Positions 49,990-61,680 of a stretch of 64,000 nt of DNA are shown piece by piece. Every line of letters begins with the position of its first letter. Position 1 is the first letter of the stretch. The stretch is from Mobula hypostoma. Lineage: Eukaryota. The DNA lies in NCBI RefSeq assembly GCF_963921235.1, contig NC_086108.1, forward strand, positions 100,194,001 to 100,258,000, written 5' to 3'. The notes under the pieces are model-generated. The model saw only the letters and a program-made list of their open reading frames with translations, made no database searches and was not told the DNA's origin. The translations under genes and the position numbers were made by a program.

Positions 49990-51260
49990 GTCTGCTCTGG
50001 GGATCACACATGCTTGCTGTCCCAGGCTTCTCCCTTTCTTGAGTCTAGTACCTGCCTGACTCAGTGTGTCTATCCCTAGGACAGTAGCCTCATTGTTTGA
50101 ACACACCCAAAACTCTGCAGGAAGCTGCACTCCCTCAGTCTCAAGCACCTGCAGCTCACCTTTCTCCACTTCCATTGCTTCACTGGTAATATAAATCATC
50201 TCTCCAGTCACGGTCAAGGGTAGATCAGTTATCGATACTGAAGACCCTCTGTCCTTTAACATATCATATTGCCGGTTCCCTACGAAACCGTTGGTGTACA
50301 TCCGTGGGTGACCAGTACGCGCAGTGGAGGCTGAAGCCTGTCGTTTGTCTGACCTGAATGCTGTCCTCACCAGCTCTCTGATCTGGTCAGCAGTCAGATC
50401 GGTCGGGATGGGGGTGGATGCTGAGGTTCTGCCCGCTTTGGTGAGTGAGTCTCACATCTTCTTCCTTTATTAGGACACTACCTCTAATGATGGCCTGAGA
50501 GACCACAGCTGTAACACATCATCTCCTTTACCCTTCTGTGAATATTCCTGCAATTCCTTACTTGGTGTCCTGGTTGTTGGCACACAAAGCAGGTCTTCTG
50601 CGATGTCACAGCAGCTACATCCACTATCGTCACTTTACGACTTCTCTTCCCCGTCCTTTGGTCTATTTCCCTGGCCCATGATGGCGTAGGTCAATACCAC
50701 TGCTAAACTTCCTGGTATGCTGAACTCAAGCCTTCCTTCTGCATTTTCAAGAAGACTGGATCATCCCTCCCTGGACTGTCCAACCCTGAATACTCTTCAT
50801 ATGCTCAATATTTACTTACGCTCTTCATAATCCATAGCATCTCTCTGAACCACTGATATTATCATTGCCCAGTTACTCTCATCTCTCTTAAAGCAGTGAT
50901 ATCTCTCCTCATCACTGGCATTCCCGCTGGTTGCTCATGTACTATCCCACATTCCCTGGGCCATATAATCCCACGTATTGCTCAGGCATTTCACTTTAAC
51001 CAACAGATGTATATCTTCGGGGTGCACCTGGTGAATTTCAATCACTTCCTCAAGTTTGCGCCAAATTTCTGAATTCCCACAATTAACTTTAAGAGGGGGC
51101 AACTCAGACAATATGCTGTGCTTCTTCCTGGGGGGTAAAGGGGGTGACGGGTTTGTGGATGGTGGTAATTGGTGTTGAGGGCTGACTGAGGTCATCAGCA
51201 TTCTTGATCTGCCATTGTCTGACCTGAATAGGTGCCGTCCCAACTGATAACCTGGGTATA
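49990..51260 (-). pseudogene. gag-pro remnant
   Basis: CYSCGLSGHH*R*C zinc knuckle; protease MLKDRGSSVS...VLGIDTL (degenerate DTG and LGxD motifs). Confidence 0.75.
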
Positions 51261-51459
51261 ACCTCCCCCTCAAATATCACAGCACTAATATTAAGCAAAG
51301 TATAAGGAATAGATAAAAATTAAACAGTACCTATTTAAAACCATAGAGTACTGTATGTACTTTGTAATCTTCCACTTACAGTATGTGCCACTGAACTCAG
51401 GAAGCTTGTATTTCTTTCCATTGAAAGGTCTGTTACACCAGAGTTTCAAGCTTATTCTG

Positions 51460-51461
<2 letters not shown>

Positions 51462-51507
<46 letters not shown>

Positions 51508-51512
51508 ACACA
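51462..51512. repeat. (CA)n microsatellite
   Basis: Direct read, one interruption. Confidence 0.95.
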
Positions 51513-51808
51513 CGCCACAATACAATTCACCCCCCCCGCCCCCCCAGAGTCCAAAGTGGTCAATAACCAGCTTTTGCAACTGGTTGCCCTGTCTCTCCAG
51601 ACTACTCAAAAATGGCTGGTCCCTTACACAAACACATATGCACCCAGTACACTTCTCCATCTACCAGTTGAGATCTCCGCTGTGGTCTTTGATACTTAGT
51701 GATCCTGTGGTCATTGAACAGAACAGATCTAAGTGTGGGTGATACTCTTAAAAATACTCACCTCCTCAGACTACTTAAGTCACTGGCCACACAGTGGGTC
51801 ATGAATGT

Positions 51809-51826
51809 ATCCCAGATAAGCCCCCA
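51809..51826 (-). promoter_or_regulatory. tRNA-Pro primer-binding site
   Basis: TGGGGGCTTATCTGGGAT vs canonical PBS-Pro TGGGGGCTCGTCCGGGAT, 2 nt after the LTR end ...AGAACA. Confidence 0.8.
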
Positions 51827-52636
51827 AATGTTCTGACTGTGGACAAAGTCACCAGACAAACACCAAAGCTAATGATGTAGAAGCCTGCATTCAACACAAC
51901 AAATAGGCATCATTCTGGAGACACTCTCAGTAGAGGCTCACAAACCCAAAGATACATCACATTTTTATTACCTTAAGAACAAAGGCAACAGTAGGTGATT
52001 CAGTTTTGATAGTTACAATAACATTGTTTACTTCAATACTTTGGGTTGACAAATGATTCCTTTGAGATACATAGGGGAAGCATGCTGTAATTGAAAAGAC
52101 AACTCTGAAGACCCAGCACCTTTGGGAGAAACTAATTAACACAAATAATCTAAAACCTTTTGACAACAGAGAGCCAGACACTCAAAATTAATGTTGTGAG
52201 GGCTGTTTCTGAGTTCACAAATATGATAAGTACACAAAACTATTGATTGCCTATACTGGGGACCATGTGCAAAGTGACAACATCGTCTGGTCTGCCAGCT
52301 TGAACTCAAGTCACAATGGTGCAAATAACTTAGCCATGTTACCTGGTTTGATGCAATCCAATTAATACAATCCCATTGTTTTAATGTTTGGCTCTTGCTT
52401 ATGCAATCTTTTAGTCTATCGAGCAGCCTGTGCTTTTAACTTCAATTTACTGCTGGCAGTTTACAGAAAAAAAACTAAAGGGTAATTGCAAGCTCCCTGA
52501 GCTCATTTACATTTACAGAACTGAAGTTTGGTTCTTGGTTGAATTAATATCTGCTATATTCACATAACTCCAGAATATCCTGTACTCCCTAAAAGTCCTG
52601 TCCTTTAACTTATTACCTAACTCCCTGAACTCATTT

Positions 52637-54068
52637 TAAAAAAAGGAAGGAGAGAGAAACCAGGGAATTATAGACCGGTTAGCCTAACATCGGTGGTGGG
52701 GAAACTGCTGGAGTCAGTTATCAAGGATGTGATAACAGCACATTTGGAAAGCGGTGAAATGATCGGACAAAGTCAGCATGGATTTGTGAAAGGAAAATCA
52801 TGTCTGACGAATCTCATAGAATTTTTTGAGGATGTAACTAGTAGAGTGGATAGGGGAGAACCAGTGGATGTGGTATATTTGGATTTTCAAAAGGCTTTTG
52901 ACAAGGTCCCACACAGAAGATTAGTGTGCAAACTTAAAGCACACGGTATTGGGGGTAAGGTATTGATGTTGATAGAGAGTTGGTTGGCAGACAGGAAGCA
53001 AAGAGTGGGAATAAATGGGACCTTTTCAGAATGGCAGGCAGTGACTAGTGGGGTACCGCAAGGCTCAGTGCTGGGACCCCAGTTGTTTACAATATATATT
53101 AATGACTTGGATGAGGGAATTAAATGCAGCATCTCCAAGTTTGTGGATGACACGAAGCTGGGTGGCAGTGTTAGCTGTGAGGAGGATGCTAAGAGGATGC
53201 AGGGTGACTTGGATAGGTTAGGTGAGTGGGCAAACTCATGGCAGATGCAATTTAATGTGGATAATTGTGAAGTTATCCACTTTGGTGGCAAAAACGGGAA
53301 AACAGATTATTATCTGAATGGTGGCCGATTAGGAAAAGGGGAGGTGCAACGAGACCTGGGTGACATTATACACCAGTCATTGAAAGTGGGCATGCAGGTA
53401 CAGCAGGCGGTGAAAAAGGCGAATGGTATGCTGGCATTTATAGCAAGAGGATTCGAGTACAGGAGCAGGGAGGTACTACTGCAGTTGTACAAGGCCTTGG
53501 TGAGACCACACTTGGAGTATTGTGTGCAGTTTTGGTCCTCTAATCTGAGGAAAGACATCCTTGCCATAGAGGGAGTACAAAGAAGGTTCACCAGATTGAT
53601 TGCTGGGATGGCAGGAATCCATGATGAAAGACTGGATGAACTAGGCTTATACTCATTGGAATTTAGAAGATTGAGGGGGAATCTGATTGAAACATATAAA
53701 ATCCTAAAGGGATTGGACTGGCTAGATGCAGGAAGATTGTTCCCGATGTTGGGGAAGTCCAGAACGAGGGGTCACAGTTTGAGGATAAAGGGGAAGCCTT
53801 TTAGGACTGAGATGAGGAAAAACTTCTTCACACAGAGAGTGGTGAATCTGTGGAATTCTCTGCCACAGGAAACAGTTGAGGCCAGTTCATTGGCTATATT
53901 TAAGAGGGAGTTAGATATGGCCCTTGTGGCTACGGGGATCAGGGGGTATGGAGGGAAGGCTGGTGCAGGGTTCTGAGTTGGATGATCAGCCATGATCATA
54001 CTGAATGGCGGTGCTGGCTCGAAGGGCTGAATGGCCTACTCCTGCACCTATTTTCTATGTTTTTCTAT
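52637..54068 (+). mobile_element. Young CR1, 5'-truncated
   Basis: RT ORF, 3' stem-loop and TTCTATGTTT tail; short ATTTT duplication at the junctions within the host ORF1. Confidence 0.93.
52693..53976 (+). CDS. CR1 ORF2 RT domain (uninterrupted, truncated; FVDD in place of FADD)
   Basis: 427 aa, near-identical to ORFs 3071-4264 and 17615-18904. Confidence 0.9.
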   Translation: MVGKLLESVIKDVITAHLESGEMIGQSQHGFVKGKSCLTNLIEFFEDVTSRVDRGEPVDVVYLDFQKAFDKVPHRRLVCKLKAHGIGGKVLMLIESWLADRKQRVGINGTFSEWQAVTSGVPQGSVLGPQLFTIYINDLDEGIKCSISKFVDDTKLGGSVSCEEDAKRMQGDLDRLGEWANSWQMQFNVDNCEVIHFGGKNGKTDYYLNGGRLGKGEVQRDLGDIIHQSLKVGMQVQQAVKKANGMLAFIARGFEYRSREVLLQLYKALVRPHLEYCVQFWSSNLRKDILAIEGVQRRFTRLIAGMAGIHDERLDELGLYSLEFRRLRGNLIETYKILKGLDWLDAGRLFPMLGKSRTRGHSLRIKGKPFRTEMRKNFFTQRVVNLWNSLPQETVEASSLAIFKRELDMALVATGIRGYGGKAGAGF

Positions 54069-54896
54069 TTTACAGGACCTCGTCATCCCTCCTACCCACG
54101 TCATTTTTACTGGCATGGACCATAACCTCTGGCTACTCACTCTCCCACTTAAGAATGCTGTGGACTCGACCTGAGATAACCCTGACCCTGGCACCATGGA
54201 GCCAACATAGCCAAACCTGTTTCCCTAACCAATGAATCCCTAACTGCTACAGCTCAATTCTTCTTCCCCTGCCCTTCTGAGCCACAAGCTGGACTCAATG
54301 CCAGAGATCTGTCCACTGTGGCTTTCCTCTGCTGGGTTACATCCCCCAACAATATTGACAGCAGCATACCTGTTGTTGAGGGGAATGGCCACAGGGGTAC
54401 AGCACTGGCTGCCTATTTTCTTTCCCCCTTCGGATGGTCACCCAGTTACCTGTGTCCTGCACCTTGGGTACAACTAACTCCCTGTATGTCTTACCTATCA
54501 AACCCTCAGCCCCTGGAATGATCCAGAGCCCACCCAGTTTCATCTCTAACTCCTTAACATGGTCTGTTAGAAGATGCAGCTGGATACACTTCCTGCAGTC
54601 TAGCCATCATGGACACTGGAGGTCTCCATGCTTTCCCACATCCCGCAAGATGAGCATTGCACTATCCTGCCTGGAATCCCCACTATCCTAAATGTGCAAT
54701 AGGAAGGAATTTTTTAAAAATAATTAATGAAAGGAAAAAAAATCTTCCTACAGTGTATGCCTCTTCTCGACAAAGCCTCAACTCCCCACTCCAACACTGG
54801 CCGCTCTCTACTTCAACCTAACTTCTTTTTATTGGATCTTGCCAAGGGCTGTGGGTTTGCTCGGTGAGAAGAATTAGAACCAGAATCTGGTTTACT

Positions 54897-55172
54897 GATG
54901 ATGATGATGATGTCGACTCAGGCCTGAGAGGCCAGCCTCTGGCATTTTCATGCCTTACAAGGCGCAGATCAGAAGGCTGTGTGGGGCACCACTCCTTGCA
55001 CAGACATTTCGCAGTATTTTTCCTTTTTTTTATTTTTACGAGGTCAAGTTGCAAGCTCAACACTCATCCCGGCACGGATGGAAAGCATACTCGGGAGCGG
55101 CCTGACTGGATTCGAACCCGGGAACCTCCATTCTGGAGTCCGGCGCTGATTTCACTGTGCCACCAGCCGACC
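54897..55172 (-). mobile_element. tRNA-derived SINE with (CAT)n tail
   Basis: A box TGGCACAGTG and B box GGTTCGAATCC on the minus strand; (GAT)n on plus at 54897-54912. Confidence 0.78.
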
Positions 55173-56431
55173 TATTATTATTGACTTATTACTGACATAT
55201 GTTGTGAAATTTGCTGTAAAATTATATAAAAACTTTTACTACCCATTTTTATATTTTGTGCTTGTTTATTTTCATAATCTGTCTTCCCTTTCTTTATTGC
55301 TCACTTAGTGGTTCTTTGTTGCTTTTTAAAGTTTTCCCAATCTTCAAGTTTCCCACGACTCTTGGCAACTTTGTACACGTTTAGAATATCCTAAGGTTGC
55401 TACATTAAGGGAGATCGTTCTGAGAAAAAATTGTGAGTCAAATCATATCCAATCAGTGGAGTATTTGGCACTGGATGCAAGACCATTCCATTTGACTGCA
55501 GTAGACATACAGCTGTTCGTCTTACATCATAGGCACATCACATCAATGCTAGCATTCTTTCTGAACTGTTGTGACAAAGCCTTTCATACACATGCCTTCC
55601 TGCCTAGAATGGCCATAGTAAACCGAGTACACAGATCACAAACACTCACGATTTTGTTCTTGACGTGTTGTCATTATTTCATAGACTCTTCCCCTCTTTT
55701 TTTGCTCACAAACTGTTATGTAATTTGTTTTTACTATTGATGTTGCTTACACAGAGATGAAGTTCCAGAGCCAACCAAGCCTCTTTAGGAATTACAGCCG
55801 TGGAAACTAAATGTTGATGAGAAGGAACGTAGGTCTTAGAAGATCGGAATATTGAAGAAGAGTATTGGTACGGTTTAGAAATTTTATTGGAATTGTTACT
55901 GGCCCGAGTCTGAATCTGAATCCACTGGAAAGCGAAGACTGAAGGAGAGCATCTGTCCTGGGGTGAATGGACTGTGTTTGTGCATGGGTGGGAGAGAGTG
56001 GTTGCTGGTTGTGTTCTGTATTGTTCTGCCGAGCACTATGGGCATGTTTTGATGGCACCGGAATGTGTGGGAACACTTGGCGAGCTAACCCCAGGATACC
56101 CTCAGATGTATTGTTTGTTAACACAAACAACACATTTCACTGTAGGTTGAAATGTACATGGGATAAATAAACTTTAACTTTATTATTGCCAGATTTACCA
56201 GGAGAGTATTAACAGCCCCATCGCTGAACTCTTCCACAACCTATGGACTCATTTTCAAGGACTTTTCATCTCATTTTCTCGATATTTATTTCTTACTTCT
56301 TCTTCTTCTTATTATTCCTTCTTTTATTCTTTATATTTTTAGTTGCATTTTATTGTCTTTTGTACACTGGTTGTCCACTTGGATGGTGTGGCCTTTCATT
56401 GATTCCTTTATGGTTATTGGATTTAATGACT

Positions 56432-56840
56432 CGTCATCGTGGCTATCCCTCGAAGTCGAGGATGATGGTCTTCGTTCCGTATAGAGCGAAGACGCCTGTG
56501 CATGTATTTGTTTAACGTGTACTTGATGTTGCACTCCAAGAAGCACACGATACTTCACAAATCAACCAACTGATTCCAATAGCATGGAAACCATGACGAT
56601 TGGAGCTGATGGACTTGTTGCAGCCTTCACCCTCCTTCACAGCCGTTGAGCTCGAAGTATCTTCATCCACCTGTTCCTCCAGTGAGGTCTTGGTTGGATT
56701 GTTCTTTGTCAGGGACCTCACCCTCGACCTCACCGCCATGGGTGACCCTACCAGGGAGCATAGCTCCAGATAGCATTGCTCTCGGGATCTCAGGACCACA
56801 CAAGCTTCTCCACCGCGACAAGCTGACAATCCATGGAGAA
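56432..56840 (-). mobile_element. Non-autonomous bipartite RTE/Expander-derived element
   Basis: 5' CTTGTCGCGGTGGAG...GGTAGGGTCACCCATGGC; 3' ATCATCCTCGACTTCGAGGGATAGCC; degenerate TSD GATTTAATGACT/GATTTTGTGACT. Confidence 0.72.
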
Positions 56841-57405
56841 GATTTTGTGACTATGCCCGCAAGTAAAAGAATCTCAGGGTTGTATACTGTGACATACAGT
56901 GTATGCACTTTGATAATAAAATTTACTTTGAACTTTAAACCTTGGGTGTAAAACTTTGTCTTGTATTAAATGAATAGAGATCATTCCAAAACACCAGTAC
57001 ATTGAGGTGGAGCAAAAAGAAAAACTATAACAGGATGCAGGATGGAGTGCTACAGTTACAGAGAAAGTGCCGCACAGGCAAACGATAAGCTCCAAGGGGC
57101 CAAGGCAAAGAGATCAAAAGTTCACCTTTAAGAGCCTTTTAACAGTGGGATAGAATCTGTCCTGATACCTGGTAGTGCATATTTTCTGCTTAATGGCAGG
57201 GGAGAGAAGAGAGAATGTCCAAGGAGGGAGGGATGTTTCAGGAGCATGGAGGGGACAGGGCGGGAGACAACGGAGTTATCACGCTCACTATAGAGACTGT
57301 AACATTGTGGTTAGCGTAACACTTAACCTTGCCAGTTACCTGGGTTCAATTTGCACCACTGTCTGTAGAGAATTTGTCTGTTTTTCCTGTGACCACGTGA
57401 GGTTT

Positions 57406-57709
57406 TTAGGCATCCGTTAGTCTCGTGAGACCATGGATTTGCACCTTGGAAGTTTTCCAGGGTGCAGGCCTGGGCAAGGTTGTATGGAAGACCAGCAGTT
57501 GCCCATGCTGCAAGTCTCCCCTCTCCACGACACCGATGCTGTCCAAGGGAAGCGCATTAGGACCCATAAAGCTTGGCACCGGTGTCGTCGCAGAGCAATG
57601 TGTGGTTAAGTGCCTTGCTCAAGGACACACACGCTGCCTCAGCCAAGGCTCGAACTAGCGACCTTCAAATCACTAGACGAACGCCTTAACCACTTGGCCA
57701 TGCGCCAAC
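57406..57709 (-). mobile_element. tRNA/CORE-type SINE with RTE-type tail, nested in a V-SINE (57290-57725)
   Basis: TGGCCAAGTGG A box, GTTCGAGCC B box, CCTTGAGCAAGGCACTTAACC CORE-like motif, 3' GTCTCACGAGACTAACGGATGCC; TSD ACCACGTGAGGTTT/ACCATGTGGGGTTT. Confidence 0.78.
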
Positions 57710-57734
57710 ACCATGTGGGGTTTACTTATGTATT

Positions 57735-57940
57735 TACTTATTATTTTTATTTATTGAGATACAGTGCAGAATAGGCCCTTCCAGCCTTTCGATCGTGGGA
57801 GGAAACCAGAGTACCCGGAGGAAACCCACGCGGTCACAGGGAGAACGTACAGACTCCTGACAGACAGCAGTGGGAATTGAACCCGGGTCACCTGTATCGT
57901 AAAGCGTTGTGCTCACCACTATGTCACCATGATGCCCGGC
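57735..57940 (-). mobile_element. V-SINE
   Basis: CCCGGGTTCAATTCCCAC B box; GCGTGGGTTTCCTCCGGGTACTCTGGTTTCCTCCCAC V domain. Confidence 0.82.
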
Positions 57941-59607
57941 TGCTCCCACATTCCGAAAACGTTGTGAGCATACTATGTTGGCACCGGAAACGTGGTGACA
58001 CCTGCAGGCTGCCCCCCAGCACATCCTGTATGTGTTGGTCATTGACACAACAAAGCATCTCACTGCATGTTTCAATATACATGCGACAAATAAAGCTAAT
58101 CTTTAATCTTTCAACTATTTAGTATAATCACCTGTATATAGTTAGGCCAAAGAGCCTGTAGCCATGTTACACGTTGTGCCATTCTGTTCAGTACCTGCAG
58201 ATTATGCGATGATTTGATTAGAGAGGAAAGGGTGGAATGTCAGAGTCATTTTCCCAGGGTGGCAATATCAAATATCAGAGAGGTTGGTTTAAGGAAGGGT
58301 GGAAGTTTAAATGAGATTTTCAAAGCAGATTTTCTTTACTCAGAGAGTGGTGGGTGCCAGTGGAGTGGTGAAAGCAGATATAACTGCAAGGTTTAAAGGG
58401 AAGTCGGACATTCTCACGAAGAGGCAGGGAACAAAGGGATATAGGCCATGAGCAGGCAAACGGGATTAGTTTAATTCGGCATCATGGCTGGCACAAACAG
58501 GATGGGCTGAAGGGCCTGTTCCATGATACCTGGAATGCATTGCTTGAGGAGGTGCTGGAAATAGGCACTCGGACTGGCACTAACCGGAGCAGCTCACACA
58601 AAATGCTGGGGGAACTCAGCAGGTTAGGCAGCATCAATGGGGAGGAATAAAGATTCAACGTTTCAGGCCGAGACCGGAAAGGAAGGCACTCAACTAGGCA
58701 AGGCATAGAATGACACAGTCCTAATGCAGGCAAGTGCAGATGGACAAAAAAGATTGGCAGTATTAGTTAAATGGACCGAAGGGCCTGTAATTGTGTTGTA
58801 TAATTCTATGACTCCACATTGGCAGTGATGTCTACAGGCTTAGCACACCCTGGAATTCAAATGCTTATCCCAAATTATAACTGCAACTACACTTTGAAAC
58901 TGATAACAAAGCCTTAAAACATTGTAAATTTTCTCATTTCACCTTCTTCAGGGCCCAGGCTCGACAGCAAGGAACCAATTTAAGTGCCAGTCCAAATTAG
59001 GACGGTCAGGTACGGGCCGAATCGAGACAGCAGGGCCCAGGTCCAAGAGGGTATCAAAGCAGCGGGACCCGAGTCTGAGAGTGAGGAATGATCCGATAAT
59101 TTAAGCGCCAGTCCAGATTGGAAAGGTCGGGTTGTTGGGACCAAAAGCAAGGGATGGGCCGGTGTTCAGCTTGCTGCTCCATGAGGTTTACTCATCTCAG
59201 TGTTGAACTGAGGCTGTGGCCTGCAACTAACAGGCTCCTGGACCAGCTGCAGTGTTGACTGGCTTTGCGGCTGTGACCTCATTTCTGTGAACTTTAGTTC
59301 TGAATATTATTTTCCTACTTTTTATTTTTTGCACAATTTGTTTTTTTTTGCAGATTGGGTGTTTGATGGTCTTTTTAAATGGATACTATTGAGTTTCTTT
59401 GTTTTGTGGCTGCCTGTAAGGAGATGAATCTTCAGGTCATATAGTACTTTGAATTTTCCTTCCCACTAGCAGCCATGAACCAGGCTTGGTAACAACAGCT
59501 AACCTTCACCTTCCTAAGCCCAGATGCCGAGCCCTACAAGAGGAGTCTGAGTGGGATCTGCAAACTCAGCGACACAGCTCCCACCACTGTCTGTAAGGAG
59601 TTTATAC

Positions 59608-59823
59608 TGTAGGGTTGCGTAATTAGTGGAAATGTACATAATTCAGAACCACCGACATTGAGTTGACGTTTCACTTTAAGACGCTGCTCTAACGTGATGA
59701 TATAACTACGCAAAGGGATTTTAGCACACTTTTGCCTTCAGGTTTTGGGAGTTCAATAAAATGTGTTACAACTTTTCTTAAACAAAAAATGCCTCACTTT
59801 ATTTTATTTGCAGAAAACCTACA
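59608..59823 (+). mobile_element. Solo LTR (Gypsy-like, 216 bp) nested in a V-SINE (59560-60010)
   Basis: TGTAGG...CCTACA termini, AATAAA, 4 bp TSD ATAC/GTAC; the V-SINE rejoins across it. Confidence 0.8.
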
Positions 59824-61221
59824 GTACATTTTCCCCATGACTGCTTGGGTCTCCTCCAGGTGCTCCGGTTTCCTCCCACAGTCCAAAGATGTACCATAGG
59901 TTAATTCGTCATTGTAAATTAGGCTAGGATTAAATTGGGAGATTGCTGAGCAGTACAGCTTGAAGGGCCAGAAGGGCTTATTCTGCACTGTATCTCAATA
60001 AATATAATAGACTCTAAACCCACAGTTTTCTCAGGCTTTTCCAGCTTAGCATCAAAACTCAGTGAGCATGGGTAGCCCACTCCCGACTGGAGTCACACCT
60101 GAAAATATAAATTGGAACTGCATCAGCACGATTGAGATTTCAAAACAAAGTTGTGTGTCAGGTCAGGGTAAAGCTTTGTGCTAAACTTAGAAACTAATAG
60201 CAACTAAATCCAGCCCTTGACAATGGGGACTCCATTCTAGGCGAACCAAATGTCTGACTGTCAGGTTTAATATCACTGACATAATTTGTTAAGCTTGTTG
60301 CTTTGCAGAGCAATACAGTGCATTACATAAAATACTATAAATTTTAATAAATATATATATATAAAGTTAAATTAAATAAGTACTGCAAAAGGAAAGCAAA
60401 AATAGTGAGGTAGTGTTCATGGGTTGGTTTATCGTACTTTCAGAAATCTAATGGCAAGGGGGAAGAAGCTGTTCCTAAGACATAGAGTGTGTGCCTCCTC
60501 TCTGATGGGAGTAATCAGAAGAGGCATATCCTGGGGGATATTGGTCCTTAATGATGGATGCCATCTTTTTTCAGGCATCGCCTTTTGAAGATGTCCTCGA
60601 TGGCGGGGAGACTAATGCCCATGATGGAGCTGGATGAGTTTGCAACCCTCCACAGAGTTTTCCAATCTTGTGCAGTGGAGCCTCCACACCAGATGGTGAT
60701 ACAGTCAGCCAGAACGCTCTTCACGGCACATCAGTGAAAATCTGTTAAAGAGTGTGTGGTGAGATACCAAACCTTCTCAAACTCCTAATAAAACATGGCT
60801 GTTGATGTGCCTTCTTTGTAATTGCATCAGTATGTTGGGCCCAGATTAGAAGGAGGAGGGATTTGCATCATCTAAGTCAAACGATTCACTTTTACAGTGC
60901 CTCTGATGATAATACATGGCTTCCCTGATGTTTAATATGTGGTGCTCCTGTATTTACAAGGATCAGTCTTGTACTTTAATCTGGACAATGGAGCTTTATC
61001 CAGCTTATATAAATGTGCAGGATATTGACCCATGCTATGCTGGTATATTAATGTACTCTAATTTATTGTCACACCCTTAGCAGCAATTGTCAGGGTCATT
61101 TGAGGATTTCACTCACCAAACATTGGATTCCCAGGATGCTGGTATCATCCCAACGTTCGCACATAGAATACAGACCAGTGCAGGCCCTTCAACCCATGTT
61201 GTTGCGACCAATATTTTAACC

Positions 61222-61680
61222 TACCTTATGAGAATAGGTTGAGTATACTTGGCTTTTTCTCCTTGGAGCGATGGAGGATGAGAGGTGACCTGATGGAGGT
61301 GTATAAGATGATGAGGGACATTGATCGTGTGGATGGCCAGAGGCCTTTTCCTAGGGCTGAAATGGCTAACACGAGTGGGCATAGTTTTAAGGTGCTTGCA
61401 AATAGCTACCAAGGGGATGTCAGGGATGAGTTTTTTACGCAGAGAGTGCTGCCTGGGTGGAATGGGCTGCTGGCGGCAGTGGTGGAAACTGATACAATAG
61501 GGTCTTTTAAGAGCCTCTTAGATAGGTACGTGGAGCTTAGAAAAATAGAGGGCTATGCGCTAGGGAAATTCCAGGCAGTTTCTAGGGTAGGTTACATGGT
61601 CAGCACAACATTGTGGGCCGAAGGGCCTGTAATGTGCTGTAAATTTATATGCTCTATGTTCTATGTTATGTACTCTATGA
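61222..61680 (+). mobile_element. CR1 3' fragment nested in an opposite-strand CR1 tail
   Basis: ORF 61239-61742 LGFFSLERWRMRGDLMEVYKMM...FFTQRV; TCTATGT tail. Confidence 0.85.

Larger units (their letters stand above)
47780..52593 (-). mobile_element. Degraded endogenous retrovirus-like LTR element (LTR-PBS-gag-pro-deleted pol-PPT-partial LTR)
   Basis: Direct repeat 47780-47941 vs ~52425-52593; PBS at 51809-51826; CCHC at 50475-50516; protease in ORF 49924-50370; PPT AAGAGGAAG at ~47945-47953. Confidence 0.85.
47165..54790 (-). mobile_element. Old CR1 (ORF1 zinc-finger/esterase + ORF2 5' part) split by an ERV and a younger CR1
   Basis: ORF2 remnant at 47165-47780; ORF1 EFRELGNKLKDRT at 52595-52633 joins QPEVMVHASKNDVGRRDDEVL at 54070-54140; Cys-rich ORF1 N-terminus at ~54580-54680. 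Confidence 0.7.
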
